From Bryobacterales bacterium (GTDB taxonomy: Bacteria > Acidobacteriota > Terriglobia > Bryobacterales > UBA6623): a DNA stretch of 64,000 nt. The notes under the pieces were generated by a model that saw nothing but the letters and a program-made list of their open reading frames with translations, searched no databases and was not told the origin of the DNA. Shown here in pieces: positions 49,359-58,351 of this stretch (position 1 is the first letter of the stretch; each line of letters starts with the position of its first letter). The translations under genes and the position numbers were made by a program. The DNA lies in assembly GCA_965205085.1 (NCBI GenBank), contig OZ242039.1, positions 4,191,845 through 4,255,844 on the forward strand, given 5' to 3'.

Positions 49359-49923
49359 CGACGACCGTGATTGTGTTGTTTCTCCACCATGCGGCGCGTC
49401 GTCTGAGCTCTGAAATTCTTGGGGGGGGGGGGGGTAGAGATGCTTCCAGCTGCTGTCGCAGGTCGCTGGCGAAATTGATGAGCTTGACAGGCTTGCCGGT
49501 CATTGACATGGCTTCCTGGGCATTGCCGCTGATCGGGACGGCACCGTTGGTCACCAACCAGCGTTCCGCCCAGAATTCGCTGGCGGACGTGCTGGCGAAG
49601 CTGTCGATTTCGCTCTTGCTGATGGAGTTGCCCTGACCGCTGGCATCTAACCGCCGGGATTTGCATTGGATTGCGATATGCAGGCCGTCGCTTCGACGCA
49701 CCGCGACACAGTCGATTCCCAAATCCTTGCGGGTGGCTTGCGAGAAGTGCTCCTCCCGCTCGGGCCACAAGGCCCAGGAATAGCACTGGGTGATGTCCCA
49801 TTCCCTGATTCGAGGGCCGACGCTCACAGTCAACTTTTCAAGCCACCTGCCATCAGTGGGTTGGGTCGATTGCTTGTCGACCTCAGCTATGGCTTCAGCG
49901 ATAGGGTCTTTTGCCGTGCCCAT
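49210..49923 (-). CDS. Mrr-type (PD-(D/E)xK) nuclease module of the Type ISP-like enzyme, separated from the rest by a frameshift in a C14 tract
   Basis: ATG 49923 is preceded by AGGAG (49936-49932) with an 8-nt spacer. KDLGIDCVAVRRSDGLHIAIQCKSRRL...ISKSEIDSFAS matches the D..(E/Q)xK core GIDlva...G...AIQCK of Type ISP and Mrr-like nucleases. After LEASLPPPPP the frame becomes nonsense (RISELRRRAAWW...) and overlaps the helicase ORF. Confidence 0.75.
   Translation of the reverse strand: MGTAKDPIAEAIAEVDKQSTQPTDGRWLEKLTVSVGPRIREWDITQCYSWALWPEREEHFSQATRKDLGIDCVAVRRSDGLHIAIQCKSRRLDASGQGNSISKSEIDSFASTSASEFWAERWLVTNGAVPISGNAQEAMSMTGKPVKLINFASDLRQQLEASLPPPPPRISELRRRAAWWRNNTITVVDAARSYRREHPHSSATRKVRQWRFASRTSAGQDHPALRHRQDSNFAVHH
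49421..49434. repeat. homopolymer G14 (C14 on the coding strand)
   Basis: Directly counted: ...gaaattctt gggggggggg gggg tagaga. It is the only such long homopolymer noticed in the window. Confidence 0.95.
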
Positions 49924-50574
49924 TCTAATGACTCCTTCGAGATCGGCGGCCCGCTTCAGAACGCGTTCTTGCAGTTCGGACCAACCAGGTTGATGAAGTG
50001 GGGGGCCTTCGCCCCCTCTAAGCGGTTCCCACGATACCAAGCGCCGAACACGCCTCGCAATTGGCTCCGGGGATCGACGAGAGCGTTCGACTACATCGGG
50101 CCATTGCCGGTACCATCGGGGATGCGGCGCGGCAAAGCGTCGGCTGCATGGCGGTGTGTGCCACTGCCTTGTGCGGCAGTACGAGCTGCCGCCGGTCGCC
50201 TCACGGCGACGCTCCCAGTCCGGTTCCTGCCCCGCTTGCCGTGACTGTGGCCAGCTGCGTTCTGCCAGTGGCGGTGGATCGGGCCTCGGGGATCTCAATG
50301 TGCAGATTTCTTCGTACGGACCTTCGCCGGAGTTCGCTGTCTCCGCCGGCGGTGCGAGACTCGACCATGGTGCCCGCGTGCCTCGCCGGCACAGCCTTAT
50401 TCCAGCCATCGCCGCCGGCGACGTTGACATTCTGCGCCTTTTGCCCCAAGAATGATGAATTGGGCCTCTGTCCGATCCGCGCACGACGCGACAGCCGGAC
50501 GCAAGAAGCCCGGAGCCGTCCATCCGCGATCGGATCGCAAGAAGCGTGGCGGCTCCCTTGATCGGAGAAACGAC

Positions 50575-51738
50575 TTGTATCGCGCTGGTACGCAACTCTT
50601 TACGTCCGAGTCTGTAACGGAAGGCCATCCCGACAAGGTCTGCGACAAGATTTCCGATGCGGTGCTGGACGCCGTCCTGGCCGGGGATCCGATGGGTCGT
50701 GTAGCGTGTGAAACGCTGGTCACGACGAACCTCTGCGTCCTTGCCGGGGAAATCCGTACGAATGACATGCCCGACTTCGAATCGATCGCGCGACAGACGA
50801 TCCGCGAGATCGGCTACGGAGACAAGGACTACCTGTTCGATGCCGATTCGTGCCGGGTAAAGACCCATGTTCATACCCAGTCTCGGGACATCGCGATGGG
50901 TGTGGACAACGGTGGTGCGGGCGATCAGGGGCTGATGTTCGGCTTCGCATGCCGCGAGACGGAGGAGCTGATGCCCTTGCCGATCATGCTGGCTCACAAG
51001 CTGGTTCGTCGCCTGACCGAGGTGCGCCGGTCGGGCGAACTGGCCTTCCTGCGGCCCGATGGGAAGTCGCAGGTCACCGTGGAATACGAGGACGGCTCGC
51101 CCACCCGCGTGGATGCAGTCGTGGTCTCGACCCAGCATGACCCGGTTGGAGGGCCGACCCTGTCCGATCAGGCCGAGCTGCGCCAGAAGGTGCGTGAAGT
51201 TGTCATCGACGGCGTCGTACCGAAGGATATGACCGACAGTCGGACGACGTACCACATCAACCCGACCGGCCAGTTCGAGATCGGCGGTCCGCACGGGGAT
51301 GCCGGATTGACCGGACGCAAGATTATCGTCGATACGTACGGCGGGATGGGACGGCACGGCGGTGGCGCGTTCTCCGGCAAGGACCCCACCAAGGTCGATC
51401 GGTCGGCGTGCTACATGGCCCGTCATATCGCCAAGAATCTCGTCGCAGCGGGCCTGGCTTCGCGGTGCGAGGTCCAGCTCGCCTATGCAATCGGCGTTGC
51501 GGAGCCGGTATCGGTCCGGGTCGACACCTATGGTACGGGCGGGCACGTGGACGATTCCCGCCTGGCGGACATCGTGAAGGAGATCTTTCCGCTGACTCCT
51601 TCGCAACTGATCGAGTACCTTGACCTGCGAAGGCCGATCTATCGGGCCACCGCTGCGTACGGGCATTTCGGTCGCACGGAAGGCACCTTCACCTGGGAAC
51701 GGGTCAATCAGGTGCGGGAACTGCAGCGGAAGGCCTGA
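50575..51738 (+). CDS. metK: S-adenosylmethionine synthase
   Basis: The TTG start at 50575 is preceded by GGAG (50564-50567). (M)[39 protein letters not shown] and [16 protein letters not shown] signatures. The ATG at 50452 would add about 40 non-homologous residues. Confidence 0.95.
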   Translation: MYRAGTQLFTSESVTEGHPDKVCDKISDAVLDAVLAGDPMGRVACETLVTTNLCVLAGEIRTNDMPDFESIARQTIREIGYGDKDYLFDADSCRVKTHVHTQSRDIAMGVDNGGAGDQGLMFGFACRETEELMPLPIMLAHKLVRRLTEVRRSGELAFLRPDGKSQVTVEYEDGSPTRVDAVVVSTQHDPVGGPTLSDQAELRQKVREVVIDGVVPKDMTDSRTTYHINPTGQFEIGGPHGDAGLTGRKIIVDTYGGMGRHGGGAFSGKDPTKVDRSACYMARHIAKNLVAAGLASRCEVQLAYAIGVAEPVSVRVDTYGTGGHVDDSRLADIVKEIFPLTPSQLIEYLDLRRPIYRATAAYGHFGRTEGTFTWERVNQVRELQRKA

Positions 51739-51780
51739 CCGGGTTCTTCCCTCCAACTCGAAGACGGGAGGTAGTGCGGA

Positions 51781-53265
51781 ATGTCCGCAGTCGAAACGAT
51801 GCCGGAGATGTCGCTTGAGGAAACATCGGGCGACACTCGATTCAGGGTCAAGGACATCGGCCTGGCCACATTCGGACGAGACGAGATTCGGCTGGCCGAG
51901 CATGAGATGCCCGGATTGATGGCGCTGCGCGCCGAGTACGAGGGCGAGCGCCCGCTGACGGGTGCCCGTATCGCCGGTTCGCTGCATATGACCGTCCAGA
52001 CAGCCGTGTTGATCGAGACATTGGTGCAGCTCGGGGCGGAGGTCCGCTGGGCGTCTTGCAACATTTTCTCGACCCAGGACCACGCCGCCGCAGCCGTGGC
52101 CGTCGGACCTGAGGGCACGCCGGACCGACCCTGCGGAGTGCCTGTGTTCGCGTGGAAAGGCGAAACGCTCGAAGAGTACTGGTGGGCCACGTCACAGATC
52201 CTGCTCTGGCCGGGAGGCACGGGCCCAAACCTGATCCTCGATGACGGGGGCGATGCCACGTTGATGGTCCATCTGGGCCTCAAGTTCGAGCAGCTCGGAG
52301 GCGTCCCCGATCCGTTGGCCGCCAGCTCGGAAGAGGAAGCCGTGATCTTCCGGACGCTCGCGGCCCTGCAAAGGGAGCGGGGCCACGTTTGGGGGGATGT
52401 TGCTCCCGGCATTCGCGGAGTCTCGGAAGAGACCACCACCGGAGTTCACAGGCTGTACCAGCGCCAGCGCGACGGCTCGCTGCTGTTCCCGGCTATCAAC
52501 GTCAACGACTCGGTTACGAAGTCCAAGTTTGACAACCTCTACGGCTGCCGCCATTCGCTGGTCGATGGGATTAACCGGGGAACAGACATCATGATCGGTG
52601 GCAAGGTAGTCGTGGTCTGCGGTTACGGCGACGTGGGCAAGGGGTGCGCACAGTCGGTTCGTGGCCAAGGGGCCAGGGTGATCGTCGCCGAAATCGATCC
52701 GATCTGCGCCCTCCAGGCCGTGATGGAGGGATTCGAGGTGCGGCGGGTGGACGACGTCGTGGATCAGGGGGACATCTTCGTCACCGCAACCGGGAACAGA
52801 CATGTGATCACAGCGACTCACATGTCCCGAATGAAGCATCAGGCCGTCGTCGGGAACATCGGCCATTTCGACAACGAGATCGACATGGCCGGTCTGGCGG
52901 AATTCCCCGGAGTGAGCCGCACGACCATCAAGCCGCAGGTGGACGAGTACCGCTTTCCGGACGGACATTCCGTAATCGTGCTGTCGGAAGGACGTCTCCT
53001 GAACCTCGGCAACGCGACTGGGCACCCGAGCTTCGTGATGTCCTGCAGTTTTACCAATCAGGTCTTGGCCCAGATCGAGTTGCATCGAAACGCGGAGGCC
53101 TACGGCCGTTCGGTTGCGACGCTGCCGAAGACGCTCGACGAGAGAGTCGCAAGGCTCCATTTGGCTGCCCTCGGCGGCGACCTTACGGAACTCAGTCGTG
53201 AGCAGTCCGAGTATCTTGGCATTCCGGTTGAGGGCCCTTTCAAGCCGGAGCACTACCGTTACTGA
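51781..53265 (+). CDS. ahcY: adenosylhomocysteinase
   Basis: [25 protein letters not shown], the NAD-binding [43 protein letters not shown], and the C-terminal PFKPEHYRY. Confidence 0.95.
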   Translation: MSAVETMPEMSLEETSGDTRFRVKDIGLATFGRDEIRLAEHEMPGLMALRAEYEGERPLTGARIAGSLHMTVQTAVLIETLVQLGAEVRWASCNIFSTQDHAAAAVAVGPEGTPDRPCGVPVFAWKGETLEEYWWATSQILLWPGGTGPNLILDDGGDATLMVHLGLKFEQLGGVPDPLAASSEEEAVIFRTLAALQRERGHVWGDVAPGIRGVSEETTTGVHRLYQRQRDGSLLFPAINVNDSVTKSKFDNLYGCRHSLVDGINRGTDIMIGGKVVVVCGYGDVGKGCAQSVRGQGARVIVAEIDPICALQAVMEGFEVRRVDDVVDQGDIFVTATGNRHVITATHMSRMKHQAVVGNIGHFDNEIDMAGLAEFPGVSRTTIKPQVDEYRFPDGHSVIVLSEGRLLNLGNATGHPSFVMSCSFTNQVLAQIELHRNAEAYGRSVATLPKTLDERVARLHLAALGGDLTELSREQSEYLGIPVEGPFKPEHYRY

Positions 53266-53284
53266 GTATCGTGGAGTCTGTCGG

Positions 53285-54106
53285 ATGAAGGCCAGTCAGA
53301 TACCGCGCGCCTCGCGCGTGGCTTGGCGCTTGGTGCTGGCGGCAACCCTGGTGTCCGCTGGCTGGACATGGGCGCAGTTGCTGCATCAGGATCGCTCCGT
53401 CATCGTCGAACCGCCCCTGCCGGAGGCGCCTGCTCACGCTGAACCCACCGAGTTCGTGCTCGCTCGGATGGCCTACTCGGACCTGTACGCCGGCCACTTC
53501 CTTGAGGTTCGGCCCTGGCAGATCGATTCGCCGGCAGCCGAGCGGCATTTCCTGCAGGGACTTCGGCGCCTTTCGGCGGTTGACGCCCGCCCGACCGAAC
53601 TATACGTCCATCCCAACGAGCCGGAGTTCTTCGATCTTCCGCTCCTGTACGTGGTGGAGGCCGGCCATTGGGACCTGACCGAGGTTGAGGTCGCCCGGAT
53701 CCGCGAGTACCTGCTGCGGGGAGGTTTCATGATCTTTGACGACTTCCATGGAACCGAGGAGTGGGAGAATTTCATGCGCGGCATGCGGCAGATATTTCCG
53801 TACCGGCCGGTCGAGGACATCGATGACACCAGCGAGGTGTTCCACGTGCTGTTCGACATGGGGCACCGGGAGCAGGTTCCGGGCTTGCAGATGCTGTACA
53901 GCGGACGCTCGTACGAGAAGGACGGGCAGGTACCGCACTGGCGTGGCATCCGCGACGACGAGGGACGCTGGATGGTCCTCATCAATCACAACATGGACCT
54001 GGGCGATGCCTGGGAGCACGCCGATGTGCCGCAATACCCGGAACGGTTCACGGCCATGTCCTACCGGCTGGCGATCAACTACGTCATCTATGCGATGACC
54101 CATTGA
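53285..54106 (+). CDS. DUF4159-like exported/membrane-anchored protein
   Basis: ATG 53285 with a signal/anchor (RLVLAATLVSAGWTWA). EFVLARMAYSD...IDSPAAERHFLQGLRRLSAVDA...LPLLYVVEAGHWDLTEVEVARIREYLLRGGFMIFDDF follows the DUF4159 pattern. Confidence 0.55.
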   Translation: MKASQIPRASRVAWRLVLAATLVSAGWTWAQLLHQDRSVIVEPPLPEAPAHAEPTEFVLARMAYSDLYAGHFLEVRPWQIDSPAAERHFLQGLRRLSAVDARPTELYVHPNEPEFFDLPLLYVVEAGHWDLTEVEVARIREYLLRGGFMIFDDFHGTEEWENFMRGMRQIFPYRPVEDIDDTSEVFHVLFDMGHREQVPGLQMLYSGRSYEKDGQVPHWRGIRDDEGRWMVLINHNMDLGDAWEHADVPQYPERFTAMSYRLAINYVIYAMTH

Positions 54107-54416
54107 CGTGGGCCCTCGTGCGACGTGTCCGGACCATGGCCATCGCGACGTCGAAGCCCATCCAGAGGTTGACCAAGCCGACACCGGACACGGCGCCACG
54201 CAACTGGTTGCTAAGAAGGAACTCGCTGAGCTGGGGTTGCAGACTGAAGAAGTAGTTGTTGTCCCACAGGAGGGTCCAGGGCAGGAGCAGCAGGACCAGG
54301 CCGACCTCGACACAAAACAGCAGGAACACGACCTGGCTGAGCAGGAGGGGTGACCCGGCCGCTGCGCGATGCCTGCCGGAAGCTTCCGCCGGGACTTTCG
54401 GACGAATGCTCACCAT
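54084..54416 (-). CDS. hypothetical small membrane protein
   Basis: ATG 54416 overlaps the rnhB stop. Two hydrophobic spans are present (LLLSQVVFLLFCVEVGLVLLLLPW; AVSGVGLVNLWMGFDVAMAMV). No family recognised. Confidence 0.4.
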   Translation of the reverse strand: MVSIRPKVPAEASGRHRAAAGSPLLLSQVVFLLFCVEVGLVLLLLPWTLLWDNNYFFSLQPQLSEFLLSNQLRGAVSGVGLVNLWMGFDVAMAMVRTRRTRAHVNGSSHR

Positions 54417-55069
54417 GGAGCGATTCCGGGAGGCACCGGGACGCGCGGCAGCGCCGTCAGCCGTTGAACGGGTCCGAAACTCTGCCGGTGCTGAGGGGTG
54501 CAGCCATGGACCCGCAAGGCCCTCAGATGGGCGGGCGAGGGATATCCCTTGTGTGCCGCCAACCCGTATTCGGGATAGATGGCGTCCCATGCCAGCATGC
54601 AGTTGTCCCGTGCGACCTTGGCCAGAATCGAGGCCGCAGCGATCGAGCAACTCCTGCGGTCCCCCTTGATGACGGCGCGCTGGGGGATGCCGGAATCGAT
54701 CTCGACCGCGTCCACAAGCAGAATGTCAGGAGCGGGGACCAAACCCTCGACGGCGTTGCGCATGGCCAGCCGGGAAGCCTGCAGGATGTTGAGCAGGTCG
54801 ATGCTCGCGGCATCCACGGCCTCGATACGGTATCCGATCGCAGTCGCCCGGATTCTTGCGGCAAGCTCCCTGCGGAGGGCCGGTCGGAGCCGCTTGCTGT
54901 CGTCCAGACCCTCGATCCGAACCTTCCTGTCAAGAACGACGGCAGCCGCGAAAACGGGGCCGAACAGACACCCCCGACCGGCCTCGTCGATTCCCGCAGG
55001 CCGCCGGAACCCGCCCCGTCGGGCTTCGGTCTCCAACGACCAGTCCGGCTTGCCGTCGTGGCGCTCCAC
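54410..55069 (-). CDS. rnhB: ribonuclease HII
   Basis: GIDEAGRGCLFGPVFAAAVVL, DSKRL, ASILAKVARD and GYPS strings. GTG 55069 immediately follows the tex stop (55072-55074). The longer ATG ORF would overlap tex. Confidence 0.85.
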   Translation of the reverse strand: MERHDGKPDWSLETEARRGGFRRPAGIDEAGRGCLFGPVFAAAVVLDRKVRIEGLDDSKRLRPALRRELAARIRATAIGYRIEAVDAASIDLLNILQASRLAMRNAVEGLVPAPDILLVDAVEIDSGIPQRAVIKGDRRSCSIAAASILAKVARDNCMLAWDAIYPEYGLAAHKGYPSPAHLRALRVHGCTPQHRQSFGPVQRLTALPRVPVPPGIAPW

Positions 55070-55071
55070 GC

Positions 55072-57690
55072 CTAGACCTTCGTGCGGTACTTGTCCTGAA
55101 GCATGGAGAGCTTCTGTTCCTTGCTCAGCTTGGAGCGGCTGCGCTGCGCCTGCTTGTCCCGCTCGGGTCCGAAGGTACGGTGGACCGGGGCCCGGCTGTC
55201 GCTGCGCCCGCCTTCCCGGTTCCGTCGGCCTTCGATCTTGGGTGGCCGTGAACTGGGTGCCCACATGGAAAGCCCGATGCGACCGCTGGCCTGGTCGAAG
55301 GACTTGACGTGCAGCTCGATCAAGTCGCCGACTTGCAAGTCCGGCCTCGAGTCCTTCACTTGCTCCCGCCGAATCTGGGAAACGTGCAGCAACGCGTCCT
55401 GATCACCACCGACGTCCACGAACGCCCCGAACTCGGCAATGCTCGTGACAGCTCCGGTGACCTTCGACCCGGGTCGCAGACCCTCTTCCGGGCGCAGGGG
55501 GACTGCCGGTTTCGGAACCTCGAACCTTGCTCGGGGTTGCCGTCGCGAGGGATGCAGCTCGTCCAGGGCGGACTGAACCTGCACGACCGGACGCTCCGAT
55601 GTTGCGAACTGCTCGGGGTCGAGTCCCTTCAGTCGTTCGGGCTCGGCAATGAGCGTCTGGAAATCACATCCGGCGGCCTTGGCGAAATCCTCGTAGAGCT
55701 CGCGGTATTCGGGATGTGCTCCCGTCCCGTCCAGGATGTCGCCGCCGTAAACACGCAGGAATCCAACCGCCTGCGCGTAGATGCTGGGGCTGAGGCCCCC
55801 GACGCGCAGAAGATCCTTGCGGGTGCGAAACGGACCGTTCTCCTTGCGGTGGGCGACGATACGCCGGGCCAGGCGGTCCGTAAGGCCGGGAACCCGCGCC
55901 AGCAACGCGTCCGACGCACGGTTCACGTCAACTCCCACGTCGTGCACGGCCCGGTCGACCGTGACCCGCAGCGCTCTCCGCAAGCGGTCTGGGTCGACCT
56001 CGTGGTAGTGGGCACCGATTCCGATCGACCGCGAATCCGTCTTGACCAGTTCGGCCATCGGATCCTGCACACGCCGGGCCAAGCTGACCGCGCTCCGAAC
56101 GGCGGGCTCCAGATGCGGAAACTCACGCTTGGCGGCCTTCGAAGTGGCGTAGATCCAGGTACCGCTATCCCGGGTCGCCATCCACCCGATATCGGTCTTC
56201 CCGGACCGCCGTATCTGGGTCCGCAGGAACTTCTCAGTGAGCCGCTGCCTGGGCCCGGTGGGAAATACGATCAGGTCGACGTCGTTTGCCGTCAGAATCT
56301 CGCTGAGCTCGGCGTACCTGGCTTCCCGCGTTGCAAGGGCAGCCTCTTTCGGGCCGCCGGACTTGTTGTCTTGGGGCTCGCGGGCTTCGGCTGCTGCCGG
56401 GGCGGTCACATCAGGCCCAGAGCCCGCTTGGCTGCTCGCGGATTCGGTCGAGTCACGGCTGCCATCCACGTCCGTAGGGGATGCATCGGAAGGGCTGTGG
56501 CCCGGCAGCGGCGGGGAACTCGTCAGTGCGCCGGTCGCGGGGCTGGCGGCCACCGCATCGATTTCGCCCGGGACCACCGTCACCGGCCGTCGGCCGTCCC
56601 TCCTCCGGCGCCCATCCGCCTCATCCTGTCGCACGATCGCATAGTCGATCAACTCCCCGTTGGTGTCGATCAGCACGGCACGCCACCCGCCTGGGCGTCC
56701 GGTCTCCAGTGCCACGATATTGAGTTCGTGGGCTACCGGAGCCAGCAGCGCCGCGCGCAGTGCCTTGCGGTAGGCGGTGATCGCCTCGTCGTCCGTTTGC
56801 TCCTCCAGCCGGCGCATGACGTCCTGTCGAATGCGGTCAATGAGGCCGTTCGAGAGGGTCTTCTCGACCACACGCTGCAAGTGGGGTGCATAGGGGGAGT
56901 CCGCATCCTTGATCAGGCAGCGCGCCAGATACTCGGACGCAGGGGCCGATGGGAACTCCGTGGTGGTCTCGAGCAGGCCTGCCCTTACTCCTCGGCGAAT
57001 GCCCAGCCTCTTCTGCCAGGGGATTTCCCTCGTCTTGGCGTGCAGGCCGTCGAGGTCCCGGTAACGCGGTTCCTTGACAGCGGCGGGATCAGCACGCACG
57101 ACGGTCTCGCAATTCCGGCGGTAGAGCTCGCGCAATTCCCGCAGCACCTCGGGCTTCTCGCTCAGCCAGCGCGAGGCAATGGCGTACGCTCCTTCCAGCG
57201 ATTCCTCGGCACTGCCGACCCCCTTCGCAGGATCCACGTACTTCGCTGCTTCCACCTGAATGTCAGCTCCGTCCTGCTGGAACCAAAGGAAGCGGGCCAG
57301 CGGGTCCAGGCCCTTCTCGATCGCCTCGTCGGCAGACTCCTTCTTGCGAGCTCGATAGGGCGCGAATATGTCGTTGAGCTCCTGGCGGTCACCCGCCTCT
57401 TCGAGTTGCCGCTTGAGCTCTGGCGTCAGCACTCCACGCTGCCCGAGCGTCGTCAGCATCGAAATGCGGTGGTCGATCAGTACGTGCTGATCCTCCAGCT
57501 TGCGGATATATTCGTGGACGCTCTCCTCGTCCAGACCTCCGCAGAGGTCAGCCCGGTAGCGGGCCAAAAACGCTACGGATGCACCGTTCTCGACCTGTTG
57601 CACCAACTCCAGCAGGCCCTTCAACCGAATTCCGGATTCCTTCGAGACGCGAACAAACGAGTCCAGAGGAAGCCCTGTAAGGGGTTTCAT
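55072..57690 (-). CDS. tex: Tex-like RNA-binding transcription accessory protein (YqgF/HhH/S1) with internal low-complexity insertion
   Basis: N-terminal ASVAFLARYRADLCGGLDEE...LNDIFAPYRARKKESA (Tex N domain), HhH region (LLRVGGLSPSIYAQAVGFLRV), and S1 domain GSKVTGAVTSIAEFGAFVDVGGDQDALLHVSQI. Confidence 0.85.
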   Translation of the reverse strand: MKPLTGLPLDSFVRVSKESGIRLKGLLELVQQVENGASVAFLARYRADLCGGLDEESVHEYIRKLEDQHVLIDHRISMLTTLGQRGVLTPELKRQLEEAGDRQELNDIFAPYRARKKESADEAIEKGLDPLARFLWFQQDGADIQVEAAKYVDPAKGVGSAEESLEGAYAIASRWLSEKPEVLRELRELYRRNCETVVRADPAAVKEPRYRDLDGLHAKTREIPWQKRLGIRRGVRAGLLETTTEFPSAPASEYLARCLIKDADSPYAPHLQRVVEKTLSNGLIDRIRQDVMRRLEEQTDDEAITAYRKALRAALLAPVAHELNIVALETGRPGGWRAVLIDTNGELIDYAIVRQDEADGRRRRDGRRPVTVVPGEIDAVAASPATGALTSSPPLPGHSPSDASPTDVDGSRDSTESASSQAGSGPDVTAPAAAEAREPQDNKSGGPKEAALATREARYAELSEILTANDVDLIVFPTGPRQRLTEKFLRTQIRRSGKTDIGWMATRDSGTWIYATSKAAKREFPHLEPAVRSAVSLARRVQDPMAELVKTDSRSIGIGAHYHEVDPDRLRRALRVTVDRAVHDVGVDVNRASDALLARVPGLTDRLARRIVAHRKENGPFRTRKDLLRVGGLSPSIYAQAVGFLRVYGGDILDGTGAHPEYRELYEDFAKAAGCDFQTLIAEPERLKGLDPEQFATSERPVVQVQSALDELHPSRRQPRARFEVPKPAVPLRPEEGLRPGSKVTGAVTSIAEFGAFVDVGGDQDALLHVSQIRREQVKDSRPDLQVGDLIELHVKSFDQASGRIGLSMWAPSSRPPKIEGRRNREGGRSDSRAPVHRTFGPERDKQAQRSRSKLSKEQKLSMLQDKYRTKV

Positions 57691-57709
57691 TACTCAACCA
57701 ACAACCACT

Positions 57710-58351
57710 GTGCTTTCTCGTATCATAGGTCAAACGATGTTGCGGTTGCAGGAAACACGGTTGGCCTGCCTGCTGTTCGCGTTCCTGGCAGCCGCTCCCC
57801 CGGCTGTTTCCCAGATCATCCGGTTCGAGTCGAACGGGATGAAATACCAAGTACTAACGCGGCAGGGTCTGACCCTGATGTGTGCCGCAATGCCCTTTCG
57901 GACCAGCCGTTTCGCGGTCATGCACGTCGCAGCCAGCAACGGCAGCAGCGAGACATGGCGGATCGACACAGCAAACTTCGCGTTCGAGTACCAAGGGGGC
58001 CCGTTGGTCGCCGCGATTCCCGAGCAACGCGTGGTCGAGGAGTTCTTCCGCAAGGCGGGGCGGTCCGAATTGCTGAAACTCCAGACGGCCTACGAGAAGG
58101 CCCTCTACAACAACCAGTATGTTCGTCCGAATAACACGTACGAGAAGCGGAGGCTGTCCGCGCTGGCCTTTGGACCGAAGGGCCTGAAGGCTTCCGCCGC
58201 CGCTGCCGCCATCACCTTTGTCAGCGGGAACCTCGAACCCAGCGACTCAACGGACGGTGCCTTGTTCTTCCCGACTGCAGGGCGCCCGCTGGAGAACGGG
58301 AGGATCGTCGCCTTGATCGAGTCGTCCCGGTTCGAATTTGCGTTCGAGTAG
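57710..58351 (+). CDS. hypothetical exported protein
   Basis: Signal-like LACLLFAFLAAAPPAVSQ. No recognisable family. The start may be M at 57737. Confidence 0.5.
   Translation: MLSRIIGQTMLRLQETRLACLLFAFLAAAPPAVSQIIRFESNGMKYQVLTRQGLTLMCAAMPFRTSRFAVMHVAASNGSSETWRIDTANFAFEYQGGPLVAAIPEQRVVEEFFRKAGRSELLKLQTAYEKALYNNQYVRPNNTYEKRRLSALAFGPKGLKASAAAAAITFVSGNLEPSDSTDGALFFPTAGRPLENGRIVALIESSRFEFAFE

Noticed and set aside
50245-50574. SAM-I, SAM-II or SAH riboswitch upstream of metK
   Set aside because: The conserved core strings of these classes were not found by eye. A covariance-model scan is needed before excluding it completely.
49924-52083. Upstream 720 codons of the 957-aa minus-strand ORF
   Set aside because: This part is antisense to metK and the start of ahcY and has no recognisable motifs. 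Only the last 237 codons, from ATG 49923 with its AGGAG SD, carry the Mrr-type nuclease signature.
55309-58134. 941-aa ORF on the plus strand
   Set aside because: It is antisense to the Tex-like gene and runs across the tex / hypothetical-gene boundary. There are no motifs and the composition is low-complexity.
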